A stretch of DNA of 64,000 bases, taken from contig NC_043004.1 of the NCBI RefSeq assembly GCF_006345805.1, forward strand, positions 78,430,001 through 78,494,000, given 5' to 3'. A program made the translations under genes and the position numbers. The notes under the pieces are model-generated. The model was not told the origin of the DNA, searched no databases, and worked only from the letters and a program-made list of their open reading frames with translations. This DNA comes from Octopus sinensis (Eukaryota). Below, piece after piece: positions 25,918 through 39,003 of the stretch (positions are counted from its first letter, which is position 1; each line of letters opens with the position of its first letter).

Positions 25918-26827
25918 GAATTAATTCCTAGAATTAAGATTGAATGAATGTGGTGATTGATTTCTTAGGTATATTTATTCTCAAACAACACCTATTGCCA
26001 ACACTGTTGACACCACTGGATTGAGTGGTACTGCCCAGGTGTCGAAACCATAATGATGTCCGTGGGGCAGCTGATGATGGAGGTATATTGGATTGTTGGT
26101 GTAGCTATTATTGTATGTGCGGAATAGTATTATAACACATCCATTTGATATATATACTCACATATATTCATACATATCATCATCAATTTTTAATTTTATT
26201 TTTCTTCAATTCACCCTATGGCATTATCAACTATATATCCATTCAAATCTTGCATATTTTATAAATTTCTTGGCCACACTTCAGTTAAATTCTAAATTTT
26301 CAGGTTCTATATCAACTTTCTAAGGTACCCCCACCTCCACCCCCATTAGCTTTCCCCATCCTTTTTCATTGTTTCTTTTCTCTCTTATGTCTCTGCATGT
26401 CACATTCTAAGGTCGACAGAATGCTTCTGTCAGCTATCATTGCATATCTCCAACCATGACCATCACGTCCCCTTCAGTATTCCTGTTCACACTGCCTCCC
26501 ACCGTCATTTTTATCTTTCATACTATTGTTATCATTATACTAATATTATGATCTTTATTATTAATAATAGTTTTATGATTTTATTTATTGTCTTCCTAAC
26601 ACTCGCTTGTTTGTTGTTGTTATTGTTTTAACTTTCACCTGTCTTTCCCATTTGTTCAATGTCGTTGCTGGCAGTAAACTTAAATTTTTCAGCCATTTAC
26701 CGAAATTTGATACTGGCAACTGAGTACATTATGACCATCCACAAAATTAACCTCTATCATTCGTTCACAAATTTGCTTTCTCTTTTTCCTCGTTGTCCCT
26801 AATTTCTTTTTCTAACGATACATACGT

Positions 26828-27410
26828 ACACCTGTAATTATTGGCACCCTGGGATACGTAACACACTACCTAAATACCAATCTCGAGAAATTAGGCTTCT
26901 CAACACCAGAAAGGAGAAAGCTGATTCGAAGACTACAGATCAAATCCATCACTGGAACTGTAAAAATCTGTAAAACTTTCCAGAAGTTTATCATTTAAAT
27001 ATATATGAGCATGTCTATATATGCAACTATATGCATGAGATTACATACATAAAACATACACATCTGCACATACATACATACATAATACATACATACATAC
27101 ATACATACATACATACATACATACATACATACATACATACACACACATACACACATACATACATTCATACATACATACATACATACATACATACATACAT
27201 GCATACACACACATACATACATACATACATACATACATACATACATACATACATACATACATACATACCCTGTTGTTGATGTTGAAATTCCAATAAAGGA
27301 ACCTTGGATCTAGGCTAGAAACCGATTCTGTATCTATTGGCAAGAAATCTTGAAATAAACTGCATAATGACATACATACACACACATACATAAACACACA
27401 CACTCATACA
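26828..27410 (+). mobile_element. Dong/R4-like (REL) LINE 3' end in a (TACA)n tract
   Basis: TPVIIGTLGYV..LEKLG..LQIKSITGTVKICKTF-stop (26996-98), then a 3'UTR with an internal microsatellite and a TACA tail. Confidence 0.7.
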
Positions 27411-27630
27411 TACATACATACATACATACATTACATACATACATACATACATACACATACATACATACATACATACATACATACAACATACATACATACA
27501 CACACATACACACATACATACATTCATACATACATACATACATACATACATACATACATGCATACACACACATACATACATACATACATACATACATACA
27601 TACATACATACATACATACATACATACATA

Positions 27631-27775
27631 CCCTGTTGTTGATGTTGAAATTCCAATAAAGGAACCTTGGATCTAGGCTAGAAACCGATTCTGTATCTAT
27701 TGGCAAGAAATCTTGAAATAAACTGCATAATGACATACATACACACACATACATAAACACACACACTCATACATA
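27631..27775 (+). repeat. Tandem duplicate of the same LINE 3' terminus, 363-bp offset
   Basis: ccctgttgttgatg...aaactgcataatgac appears identical at 27268 and 27631. Confidence 0.9.
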
Positions 27776-28559
27776 CATACATACATACATACATACATAC
27801 ATACATACATACATACATACATACATACATACATACATACATACACATGGCGACATGTGGCTTAGTGGATAGGGGTGTTGGACTCATGACAGTAAGTTTG
27901 TGGTTTCGATTCCTGGACCAGGCGATGCGTTGTATTCTTGAGCGTGGTGATCACGTTTCAGTTCGCTCACGGGCAAAAATGAGTAATCCCGTGATGGTCT
28001 GATCTCCTGTACAGGTGGAGTGTACAGACACCACAGAAACCAGGAAACCGGCCCTTATGAATCTACACGACTCTGGGAGGAACTTTACTACACACACACA
28101 CATACACACACACGAGAGCCGCAGAGGAGGTCTTGGAGCAAAGTGTTGGGCATTGGTTTCGCAGACGGCTCATCTGGACTCTGCTCTCCAACTCCTTCAA
28201 ATTCAATGGCTATGTCCCCATGGGCAACTGGAGTAGGCTTGGCAAGCTGGAAGCTTCTAGCTCATGAACACACGTTGGCGATGTGCAGGTGATGGTCATT
28301 TTCTCCTTGATGCGAAATTTCAGCGGCGGTCTATGTGTCATGGTTGGCCTATTTAGGATTACTGCAGCGAAAAACAAAATAGGTATTTTGAAAGAAATAT
28401 CTATAAAATTAATTTTTAAACTTCGTATGGCTATGGGGGTCCTCCAGATTGAAATAGTGATCGAAGGGGTCTATAGATAAGAAATGGTTGAGAACCCCTG
28501 GTGTAACTGAAAGGGTGTGCTCGTTGAGAATATAAGAAAAAGAAATAAAAAATTTTAAA

Positions 28560-28950
28560 TCTTTCTATATATAAAGCTGAAGTTGGCTGTGTATGGCAGG
28601 TTTGGTAGCCTTCAACTAACACTATTTCCTCCGAGACCCTGCGGCGCAAGTTGATCAAAATTGAGAGTATGATACAAGAAGGCTTGCTCTTCCTTCCATA
28701 GAAGAAAAGATTCAAATCGGACCATATTAACACCAAACATTATTTACATCAAAAAGGTGCTTTTTTCTATGAAAATCCTTATTTTTTTACGATTTTTTGA
28801 CCGCTCTGTCGCCATTTTTGGTGTATTTCAACCAGAAAAATGTTCACTTAAAGAGAATAACAAGCTACATAATGCACAATTTTTACTTTTCAAAAATTCC
28901 AATTCTAAAGGATCGAAGCAAACCCGAGCAACACCAGGCGATGCTGCTAG
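28560..28950 (+). mobile_element. Non-autonomous Helitron (~390 bp)
   Basis: A|TCTTTCTATATATAAAG start; degenerate hairpin CCCGAGCAACACCAGG and CTAG end. Confidence 0.7.
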
Positions 28951-29782
28951 CGACAAATAAAAATAAGTAAAAGACAATTTTTGTTACTAAGTTCCAGTAG
29001 AGCGAAATTATAGGATCCAGAAATAAAGCAAATATAGTAATAGTGGACTATGGACAATCGATATCATGTAAGTAAAGCAGTGAAAAAATTTGGTAAGTAT
29101 AACTCCATAACCGAGGGAAGAGAAGGTCTGTAGCGGTACTCATGGAAATTCCATGATAAATACGAAATTTTTTAGATGGTTGTAAGTTTGTATAGAACCA
29201 TAAAAATTGGTATTCCTTTATAAATTGTATATTCTGCATTATTTTCACTTAAAAATACCTTCCAGTTCAGGATAAGGTATTGATTGAAAGAGTATAACCT
29301 TCCCATTCTCTCAGCAGTTCAGTGATTTATAAATCTAAGAGCTTCAAAATGATTTCTGAAAACATGTCACTGGTATTGTAACTTTCAACCGTATGTTAAC
29401 ATTTTTTTTAACGCTTTCTCTGATTCCCTTATCTGTTGTAAATACTCACTCTATACTCTTTGATTCATATTTCCCCTCCTACACGCTAATGCTCCCATGC
29501 TTGTTCTGCTTCTCTTAACGTCTTTGCCTTTTTGCAAGCTTATATCGTCTGTTGTCCATAGTTTATAAACAAATATTAATTTTCAAACGAGCAGACGATC
29601 AATAATTGTATGCGTTAAGTGACAGGCGATAAAAAAAAATTTAGTTCAATTAAATTAAATAAAAACTACACTTGTCATTATCCACCCATGACCACCACCA
29701 TCACCACTAGCAGCATCCACGACTATTTTGCAAAATTATTTCACATTCATTGAAAAATCTATCTTACTATCTATGATAAGCC

Positions 29783-29816
<34 letters not shown>

Positions 29817-30362
29817 GAGTGAGAGAGCAGTTCATGCCATCAAAGTGACACTGGGGTAAAATATACGAAGCCCAATATACCCATCATGACTACCCGGGTA
29901 CATCAGGCACATGCATCACAACCATATGTGCGCGACATGGTGATCTCATATCAAGATAAACAGCACATGACCTTGCAGGTGGGGCCCAGTTAGAAATTTC
30001 TTCAGGTTGAGTAGCCCATCCCGCTCAAAAGGTCCCTGAATAAGGGTTGTTTAAGGATGTTGAAAGAACCACCCATGTTTCCAGAGGTGAATTATTCAAA
30101 CCCCAAAGAATCCCTCTCAACACATGGCTATGATGCTCTGCCACTACTTCTGCTCGTGATCAGAGATGGACATATCGTCAGCCACTAAGGGACATGGTCA
30201 ACTGGTTAAGGTCAAACAACTGACAAACAAATCTGTGGTATTGAGCAGAATATTTGCTGTAGCCCATCTTTTATACCAAGACAAAACAATGTACATGATA
30301 ACACTTCCAATCAGTTAAGATCAGAAGCCATGAGAGCCACTGACTGGTACTGCATCAGGGCA

Positions 30363-30415
<53 letters not shown>
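29817..30415 (+). mobile_element. ~570-bp retroposon (LINE 3'UTR or SINE) with (TTA)n tail, copy 1
   Basis: High identity to the reverse complement of 54815-55402; ends GGTACTGCATCAGGGCA(ATT)n. Confidence 0.8.
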
Positions 30416-30416
<1 letters not shown>

Positions 30417-31415
30417 TTAATTTTTATTTTTATTCCTTCGTCTGTTCACCCATCGATGTATTTGTCAATATAAATAGATAGATTAATAGATAAACAGATA
30501 GAAGATATATAAGAAAATTGAATATTAAAATGTTATTGTTTTTGTTACAATAATATATCAAGTCTAAAATTTCTCTCTGCTGAACACTTTATCTCTCCCC
30601 CCTCTCTCTCTCTCTTTCTCTCTTTAACTTCAAACTTCTCTAACCATTCCTCTCTTCACATCGTTACCTTTTCTCTTTCTCATCACCTCTCATTTCCACT
30701 AACCACATGACAGCTTAATGCATCGGCTGGTAATAGCGTCACTACTCTCTTTCCCCTCCTCTCTATCTCTCTCTCTCTGTATACACACACACACACACAC
30801 ACACAAGCGCGCGCGCGCACGCACACGCGCACGAACACACACACACACGCACGCACGCACACACACACACATTTGCATTTCTTTAACCTCATCACCCGAA
30901 CGCCCCCCTCTGCTAAACGTATTTCCAACTCTCTCTCTTTCTCTATATCTCTCCCTTCAACTAACTTTTTACCCACTCAATAAACATTACGCTCCCTTTA
31001 CCTCACGTCGTCGACACCTCTGTCTACGTCTTTATCCTTTTCCCTCTTCCTCACTCTTCACCTTTCTCCTCAACTAATCACGTGATAGCGTAACGCATTT
31101 CGGCCTTAGCGTATTAATTTATAAAGTTGTAACAGAATGGGCATTTGGTTAATTATAATCAAGGAAAGAAGCGTAAGAGACTCTATATGTTTTTTCTCTA
31201 ATTTTTTTCGAGTTATGCCAAATATACTTTTTTGGGTTTTTTTAAAAATCTAAATCCACCCGCACAAGGCGAAACCAATTCTAACTGCCTTCAATAGGAA
31301 GTCTCAACACCAGATTTTTCAGCTGCCGTTGAAGCCAGGCTTTCAGTGGTAGACCAAACTGAGCGCTCATTGTACATGCCTGTTACATTATATCAGTTGA
31401 TGAAAACTCCTTGTA

Positions 31416-33338
31416 CGAAGTTTGGGATCTTTTCCTTTTGAACGGCAGACAATTTCTAGTTAACTAAACACTTTAAAACTTCGTATACTGGTAGAATGTG
31501 TCAAAATAAAAACTTTTTTTCTCTTGGCTTTCTTGAGAAAATTGTAATTTGTTTGTTTAACGTAGTTTAATTTTTCGAATTTTAACTAATCCTATGCTCT
31601 CTTTTGAGCTAAAATCATTTGCTGCGTCTAAAACTGAGACAACATCCTGTAACTAACCCTAACCGTAACCCTAATTTTATTTTCTTAATTGTTAAATTAA
31701 TTTAATTATTACGCGTGTAAAAAACTAAGCAATGGAAAATAATTTAAACAATTAACATACAAAATAATTCTATAATTTTACACGCGTAACAATTAAATTA
31801 ATTTAGCAATTAATAAAAAAAAATTAGGGTTAGTTACAGGATGTTTTCTCAGTTTTAGACGCAGCAAATGTTGTTTACCTAAATGGAGGTAATCGATTGG
31901 TTAAAATTGCCGAAATGCTTGGATTTTCAGACGAAATATCTTACAAACTATAGAATTTTCTCAATAAAACTAAGAGAAAATGATGTTTTATAAACACATT
32001 CTACCAGTATACGAAGTTTAAAAGTGTTTAGTTAACTAGAAATTGTGTTGACAACTGCCGTTCAAAAGGAAAAGATCCGAAGTTTGTAAATAAAGTAATG
32101 AGACTGGGCCTCGTAGCGTTTGATCTGACAACACTGTGGTGTTCCTCTTCCCGGTATTGCCACATCAACGCTCTCTTTGACTTCAGTTCCAGCAGCAGCA
32201 GCAGCAGAAGAAGAAGAAGAAGCAGCCACGTGGCGTTAACAGGTGAACTGTGAGTCCTTGTTTTGCGAAGTGATTTTGTTTTGTGTGTCCTAAAAATGAG
32301 CAAACACAGTTACGAGTAACGCTACGCAATCAAGTGTTGCTTCAAAATCGGACACAATGCCACAGAAACTTGCGCAAAACCTCAACAGATTTACGGGGAG
32401 ACTACCTCATGAAGCGCAAGAGTTTTCAGAAGGTTCAAAGCCTTTTTAGAAGGCTGAGAATCCGTTGAAGATTACCCTCGGTCAGGAAGGTCATCAACTT
32501 CAAGAAATGACGAAAATGTGGAGTGAATCAATGAGTTCGTGCGATCTGACCGTCAGATTGATTGCAAAGAAGCTGAATTTGAACTGCATTAACCGTTCAT
32601 CAAGTTTTGACGAATTGTGAATGAGGAATATTTCTGCGAAAGTTGTCCCCCTAAAATCTCACCCCTGAGCAAAAAGACAACAGGAAGGAAGTGTGCTGTG
32701 ATCTCCTGGAACGGACTGAAAATGACTCAGGTTTTCTCTCAAACGTCATTACTGGTGATCAATAGAAGATTTTTTAGTATGATCCAGAAACTCACTGCGG
32801 CCGGAAAAAAGCGAGAATGAGCAAATCGAAAATGAAAACCATGCTCATTGCTTTTTTGACAGCAATGAAATCGTCCACAAAGAATTCGGGCTTCAAGGAC
32901 GAATCGGCATTTTTACCGTGAATTCATTCCTCAAGGACGAATCGGCATTTTTACCGTGAATTCGTTCCTCAAGGACGAATCGGCATTTTTACCTTGATTT
33001 CTTGAAAGGCTACGGAAACTGATCAAAGATAGCTGGATGCTGCATCATGACAATGCGCCTTGTCACACAGCGCTTTCGATTACAAAGATTTTGGCACAGA
33101 AAAGCATACCTGTTCTCTCTCAACCTCCTTATTCACCTGACCCGAGTCCATGTAACTTTTTTCTCTTCCCCAAACTGAAAATTCACCCCAAAGGACATTT
33201 TGATACGATGGAAAACGAAAAATGGTGTAACAGACAAGATTAAGACCATTCCGGTTTCTGAGTTCCAGCACTGCTGTGAAGAATGCAACGCCCTGTGTGC
33301 TTTCTGAAAGAGTTTCATTATTTTACTTACAGACCTCG
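31416..33338 (+). mobile_element. Mariner with a decayed transposase, left TIR split by a foldback element
   Basis: Left TIR TA|CGAAGTTTG+TAAATAAAGTAATGAGACT and right TIR (reverse complement) TA|CGAGGTCTGTAAGTAAAATAATGAAACT. Transposase from 32296 (RYAIKCCFKIG, EDYPRSGRSSTS, YSPDPSPCNFFLFPKLK). Three 38-bp tandem copies at 32881-32996. Confidence 0.88.
31425..32078. mobile_element. 654-bp foldback non-autonomous DNA transposon with an 8-bp TSD
   Basis: Termini GGATCTTTT...AAAAGATCC; perfect TSD GAAGTTTG (31417-24 and 32079-86); inverted arms along most of its length; internal TAACCC repeats. Confidence 0.92.
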
Positions 33339-34458
33339 TATATAATCTAAACACACACACACACACCTTTGAATGTTGACAGCAAAATAGTTGTGATGTT
33401 TCAGGTTATGAAAGTATTTAACTTTTTACAGACGACCATATAATTATCGACTCAAAATAAAATGTCAATAAAAATATGAAATGCAATAAAACAGAATACG
33501 TAAAGCGTTTCATTATGCAATAAAATTTAATTTTTCTGCAGAATGTTTGCAATTATTTCTTGGGGCAATTTTTTTTTAGAAAGAGACAAATACGTTTTTG
33601 CAATATACTTTTAAAAAATATCAATGAAAGTAAAATATTTTTAATTAATACAATAACTAGATGGTTCAGTTTGAACCATTGCAACATAGATTCAATGGTT
33701 GTCTTTAAAATCTGCAGGCTCAACAAAATATCCATTGCAATATCTTTGCAATGAATATTAGGGTGCTTATATTTGTTTTAGTTTTTTGAAGGGGGAGGTG
33801 AAATCTCATAAAAAAAAAGACATCAAATATGAATGTAATTATCACAGAAGAAAAAACAATGTATAATTATGATTGAGGTATTAAGAAAAACCTGGTCCAA
33901 TAGATTTAAAATTGAAAGTGGGTGGAAACAAATTGTTTTAAAAAGTCACGCCTACACCAAGAAAGATACATTAAGAATTGGAAGAGTTAATGGAAAAAGG
34001 AATATCTGAACGAGGTTTTAGTGTGTATATATTAGTATATATTGATGAGAACAATCATAGAAGAAGGAGTTGGTGCCAAGAGATCTTCAGAAAAAGATCA
34101 TTCCTCAATATCCGATTGACATTCTCTGAAAATTTTCACATAGTTATTTCAAGTGAAGACTAGATTCTCTTCAAGATAATATCTGTAAGTAACCTTCTCA
34201 TTTGTTATCATGGTTCTTATTTTCATTTATTATTCATTTATACACTAATTCACCGCTGATCAAACATACGATCAAAGGTGTTCCAGCAATAATTTATGTA
34301 CCAGTGCGTCTTGGACTACATTGTGTAATGTATTGTGATTTTCTTTTTAAAAAACAAGAGCAGAATTTGAGGGTACAAGGCCTCCCTTTGTTTGCAGCTA
34401 TTTCAAGGATGTAAAGAATAAACGGGCATGTAAAAGTCATGCCAAGCTTTCATTAAAC

Positions 34459-34869
34459 CAGGGACCTGCCGCCTGCGCAGGCAAGGTAGGCAGTGCCTAC
34501 TCTGAATAAAATGGATCGATTGTAACATTTTTCTTTTATGGCAAAATATGCACCAAATTCAATATAATTACGAAGGTTACTCTGATTACTCTACATAGAA
34601 TACAAAATATATATATTTTTTTTGTAGATTAGGTAGGCATAATTCGCTCTTGCCTTTCAATCCCAGTATTTAAGCTACGCATAGTACTGCTGTAGCACAC
34701 ATGCTGCGTACATTCCTACAACAACATTTTCTTTACGTGCTATAAAGGCAGGAGTAAATCTACTTTCCACTCAGTCAAGCACCTGTGTTTCATTTATTTT
34801 TTTTGCATGTTTTACTACATAAACGTCACCAACTGCCTACCCTGAGAAATTACTGACTGTACGAGCCTG
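34459..34869. mobile_element. hAT-like MITE
   Basis: CAGG...GGTAGGCAGT subterminal motif at both ends in inverted orientation; flanks CATTAAAC and ATTAAAAC are an imperfect match. Confidence 0.5.
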
Positions 34870-35100
34870 ATTAAAACATAAGCAATTGTTAATTATATAT
34901 CATAGTGCGCAAATTAGATGCTGCAAGTTCTCTGAAGTTACTGGATTTGATGTGTGTATAAACAGATAGGTCGACCACCAGAGAAACTGGAAAATTTGGT
35001 ATGTTTGTATGGCTACTATGCAGGTTTATATATATATATATATATATATATTATATTATATATATATATATATTATATATAATATATATATATATATATA

Positions 35101-35914
35101 TAAATAATGTAGGATAAAATTTTTTTCCCGAAAAAAATTTTATCAATGGCCAGCATATCGAAAAATACCTTTAAATGTTAAATTTACAAATAATTTACAA
35201 GATAAGGGCAAAAGAAAAATTCTAATGCCAAATATGCCGAAAAAAAGACAAAACTTTTCAATAACCATTATAATTTATGCGTCTCGAAACAAACCGATAG
35301 AAATCTCTAAAAGATTCGTTATTACCGTATTGGTCCCAATTTCGGGGTTAATTAATAATAAATTTTCCCCTCTTCAGCGGCAAATACGCGAGATATAAGT
35401 GAAATACTTACTCATACCCATGGAAAAAGCAAGCACTAAGTCCTGAGCAGAGCTAAGTACCCCAAATATATCCAAAATAGAAAAATCTTCGGCACATCTC
35501 GAGATACGTGTGATTCGAACTAGAAACTTACACAGAATGAGAGAATCCGGAAGTGAACACTATTCTATTTATAAATAATGTAGGATAAAATTTTTTTCGG
35601 GAAAAAGATTTTATCAATGGCCAGCATATCAAAAAATACCTTTAAAGGTTAAATTTATAAATAATTTACAAGATAAGGGCAAAAGAAAAATTATAATGCC
35701 AAATATGCCGAAAAAAAGACAAAAGTTTTCAATAACCATTATTGAAAATTTATTATTTATTAACCCCGAAATTGGGACCAATACGGTAATAACGAATTTT
35801 TTAGAGATTTCTATCGGTTTGTTTCGAGACACATAAATCATAATGGTTATTGAAAAGTTTTGTCTTTTTTTCGGCATATTTGGCATTAGAATTTTTCTTT
35901 TGCCCTTATCTTGT

Positions 35915-35918
<4 letters not shown>
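35101..35918 (-). mobile_element. Non-coding mini-PLE/retrozyme-like unit: 471-bp monomer, partial tandem copy and inverted copy
   Basis: 35101-35270 repeats directly at 35572-35742; 35743-35918 is the reverse complement of ~35190-35365; flanked by TA microsatellites; contains an intact hammerhead. Confidence 0.8.
35320..35386 (-). ncRNA. Type I hammerhead ribozyme with an intact fold
   Basis: Minus strand: TATTTGCCG-CTGAAGA-GGGG/loop/CCCC-GAAA-TTG/GGAC/CAA-TA^CGGTAATA. Stems I, II and III all pair. AUA site; predicted cut between 35328 and 35327. Confidence 0.85.
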
Positions 35919-35944
<26 letters not shown>

Positions 35945-35951
<7 letters not shown>

Positions 35952-36165
35952 AATAATTAAGATTCAGTTGAATTAGGTACTTAAGTTGAAGCACCAAATC
36001 AGTCCGGTATTAAACGCACAGCTCGAAGTAAGGTGAATAAAATCAAAATAAGCTGAATATGGCACAGCAAGTAAATTGATGTAATGATTGCAGTGTTCAA
36101 TTAAATGGAGTCGCTTGAAACGGACGTACTTGATATCCTGTTACTTATTTTGATTTTATATATAT
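35945..36165. mobile_element. PLE-pLTR-like fragment with an internal inversion; same family as 63370-63610
   Basis: 35950-36000 matches 63375-63430 directly; 36060-36160 is the reverse complement of 63470-63560; only the GAAA half of the hammerhead is present. Confidence 0.6.
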
Positions 36166-36552
36166 ACACACACATATATTTTCGAGTGTTGGGCCTCAAG
36201 GAGGCAATAACCAAGACATTTGGCAGTATGTCATGCTTGAGAAGAAGACCCGTGAAGCCGAGCAAAATAGCAGTCATGGCAGATACCAGTGCCACGCAAA
36301 TTGGCACCCGTGTTGGCACGTAAACGCACCCCGGTGTCATGCAAATGATGCAGCCTTCCAGCGTGCCAGCCCAGTCAAACCGTTCAACTCATGCCTGCAG
36401 GGACAATGGGCGTTAAATGATAAGGTGAATATATATACATATGTGTATATATATTATATATATTATATAATATATAATAATAAATATTAGGGAATATATC
36501 CAAATTACAGGGAAAAAAATCAGATTTAGGTAAATTAATCCAATTTTAGTAA

Positions 36553-36865
36553 AATATATAAAATATTATTTGAGACAAAACCACTATTTTGCAAAACAAC
36601 AGGAAAGACTTAATCCATACATAAAATTTATAAATAGTCAAAAAAACCGTACAATCGTTTCTTGTCTTGATGCAATCTTCAGGGGGACTTCCAATAATTC
36701 AGTTACAAATTATAATTTGTAATGAATTATTGGAAGTCACTGAAGATTGTCGATCAAGACAAGAAAACGATAGTGGCGGTTTTTTGACTATTTATAAATT
36801 TATGTATGATTAAGTCTTCCTTGTTGTTTTGCAAAATATGGTTTGTCTCAAATAATATTTTATAT
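36553..36865. repeat. ~310-bp near-perfect palindrome formed by two back-to-back PLE-pLTR-like arms, each with a degenerate hammerhead
   Basis: Centre ~36711. Right arm CTGAAGA-TTGTC/gatcaa/GACAA-GAAA; left arm (minus) CTGAAGA-TTGC..ACAA-GAAA-CGATTG-TA. Confidence 0.85.
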
Positions 36866-37283
36866 ATATATATAATATATATATTATATATATATATATT
36901 ATATATATATATATATATATGTATGTATATATATATACACAGTATCATCAGTATTTCGCAACTCGTTTCCATGTTGGCATGGGTTAAACAGTGTGATAGG
37001 AACTGGCAAGACCAGGATCCATTCCAGGTTCCATTGTCTGTTCTGGCATGGTTCCTACGGCTCGATACCCTTTCTAACACCAACCACTCCACAGAGTGTA
37101 CTGGCTGCTTTTTAGGTGGCACCAGTATCAGTACTCTTTGCAAGACACTTACTCAAGGTACCCTGCAATGGGACTGAACCTGGAATATGTGAATGGGAAG
37201 TAAACCTCTTAACACACAGCCACCCCATTATATATATGTATATATATGTATGTATGTATGTATGTATATATATATATATATAT

Positions 37284-37519
37284 ATATTTCTTTATTGCCC
37301 ACATGGGGCTAAACATAGAGGGGTCAAACAAGAACAGACAAAGGGATTAAGTCGATTACATCGACCCCAGTGCGAAACTGGTACTTTATTTATCGACCCC
37401 GAAAGGATGAAAGGCAAAGTCGACCTCGACGGAATTTGAACTCAGAACGTAACGACAGACGAAATACCGCTAAGCATTTCGCCCGGCACGCTAACGTTTC
37501 TGCCAGCTCGCCGCCTTAA
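37284..37519 (-). mobile_element. SINE family B, well preserved
   Basis: GGCGAGCTGGCAGAAACG..GAGTTCAAATTCCG..CTTTCATCCTTTCGGGGTCGATA core. Other copies at ~11785-12000, 22145-22365, 41150-41345, 42700-43020, 45650-45870, 61585-61670. Confidence 0.88.
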
Positions 37520-37525
37520 ACAGTC

Positions 37526-37556
<31 letters not shown>

Positions 37557-37722
37557 TGTATGTATGTATGTATGTATGTATGTATGTATGCATGCATGTA
37601 TGTATACATAGGTTATGAGAGGTAATGGTGTCAAGAAGACCCAATGGTGTCAGGTAATGCTGAGTAAGTGCTATGGGCGGACTATAGTTAAACTCCTGGT
37701 TCGGTGATTATGCGAATGAGGA

Positions 37723-37771
37723 GTCTACTGATGAAGGGATATATAAAATATTCCGGAAACAGCTGTAAGAC
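37723..37771 (+). ncRNA. Near-intact type I hammerhead in a PLE terminal-repeat fragment
   Basis: GTCTA-CTGATGA-A-GGGATAT/ataaa/ATATTCC-G-GAAA-CAGCTG-TA^AGAC. 7-bp stem II, palindromic stem III, one mismatch or bulge each at the bases of stems I and II. Confidence 0.65.
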
Positions 37772-37822
37772 ATCTTTGTAAATGATCTGAAATCTTTGAC
37801 AGCCTTGAATTTTTTTATCTCA

Positions 37823-37859
<37 letters not shown>

Positions 37860-38540
37860 TGAAAACAAAGAGGAGAGTGGAGATTCATTCACATTGAAAG
37901 CTTTTTCTTAAAACAGTTTTCTACAGCATATATAACAATGACCGACATATGTTTCGACTGCAGCAACTGCACATTGCTCTGTATGCAATTATGCATCCTA
38001 GTCGCTGAAATTTCATCAAGGGTCCATCACTTATGATGTTTTCAAAGTGAACTAATTGAAACAAGCTTCATACGTTGGTATTCAGTTGCAGGTTATAGCG
38101 ATACTTTTTTTTGAAATCAAATTGAATTTTGGCCTTTTAATAAAGTTTTGGATGTGAATAAATCTTCACTCTCCTTTTCGTTTTCAGTTGTATACTCTAC
38201 GGAATATTTGTGAATAGGAACAAGGAATTTCCAACAAGTAGAACTTACAAATCCCAATAACTATTTAGACTTGAGTACGCTGTAATTCCAACGTTGTGGA
38301 TAGCCTGCGTCTATACCATTTTATGAGATAAGTCGCCAGCATAATTTATGCCCTTTTTACTCTTTTCTCCACACACACACACACACACACCACACACACA
38401 CACACACGCACACAAATATATATATTTATGTATATATATATATATAAACTTACTTGGAAATGGATGCGTGGCGTTCAGTCATATAATGATAATAATAATG
38501 ATAATACTATTAATAATAATAATAATAATAATATAGATAT

Positions 38541-38572
<32 letters not shown>

Positions 38573-38764
38573 CACACACACACACACACATACACACACA
38601 CACATATATATATATGCATATATGGGTACAGGACGTCACAAAACGTAAACAACATGAAACCCGAAGACAAACTTGGATATGCGAACAACGAGGGAAACAA
38701 ATGGAAAACAAGACAAGTAACACAAAGAACGACCCTTCATCTGTTGTCGGCTGTCCATCTACTC

Positions 38765-38854
<90 letters not shown>

Positions 38855-38908
38855 CATATACATATACATATATATACATACATACATATATATATATATA
38901 CATATATA

Positions 38909-39003
<95 letters not shown>

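Noticed and set aside
29045-29564. Short inverted match (ttgtccatagt) 500 bp apart, as MITE TIRs
   Set aside because: Only 11 bp plus a gapped 6 bp, with no TSD; within chance expectation for AT-rich DNA.
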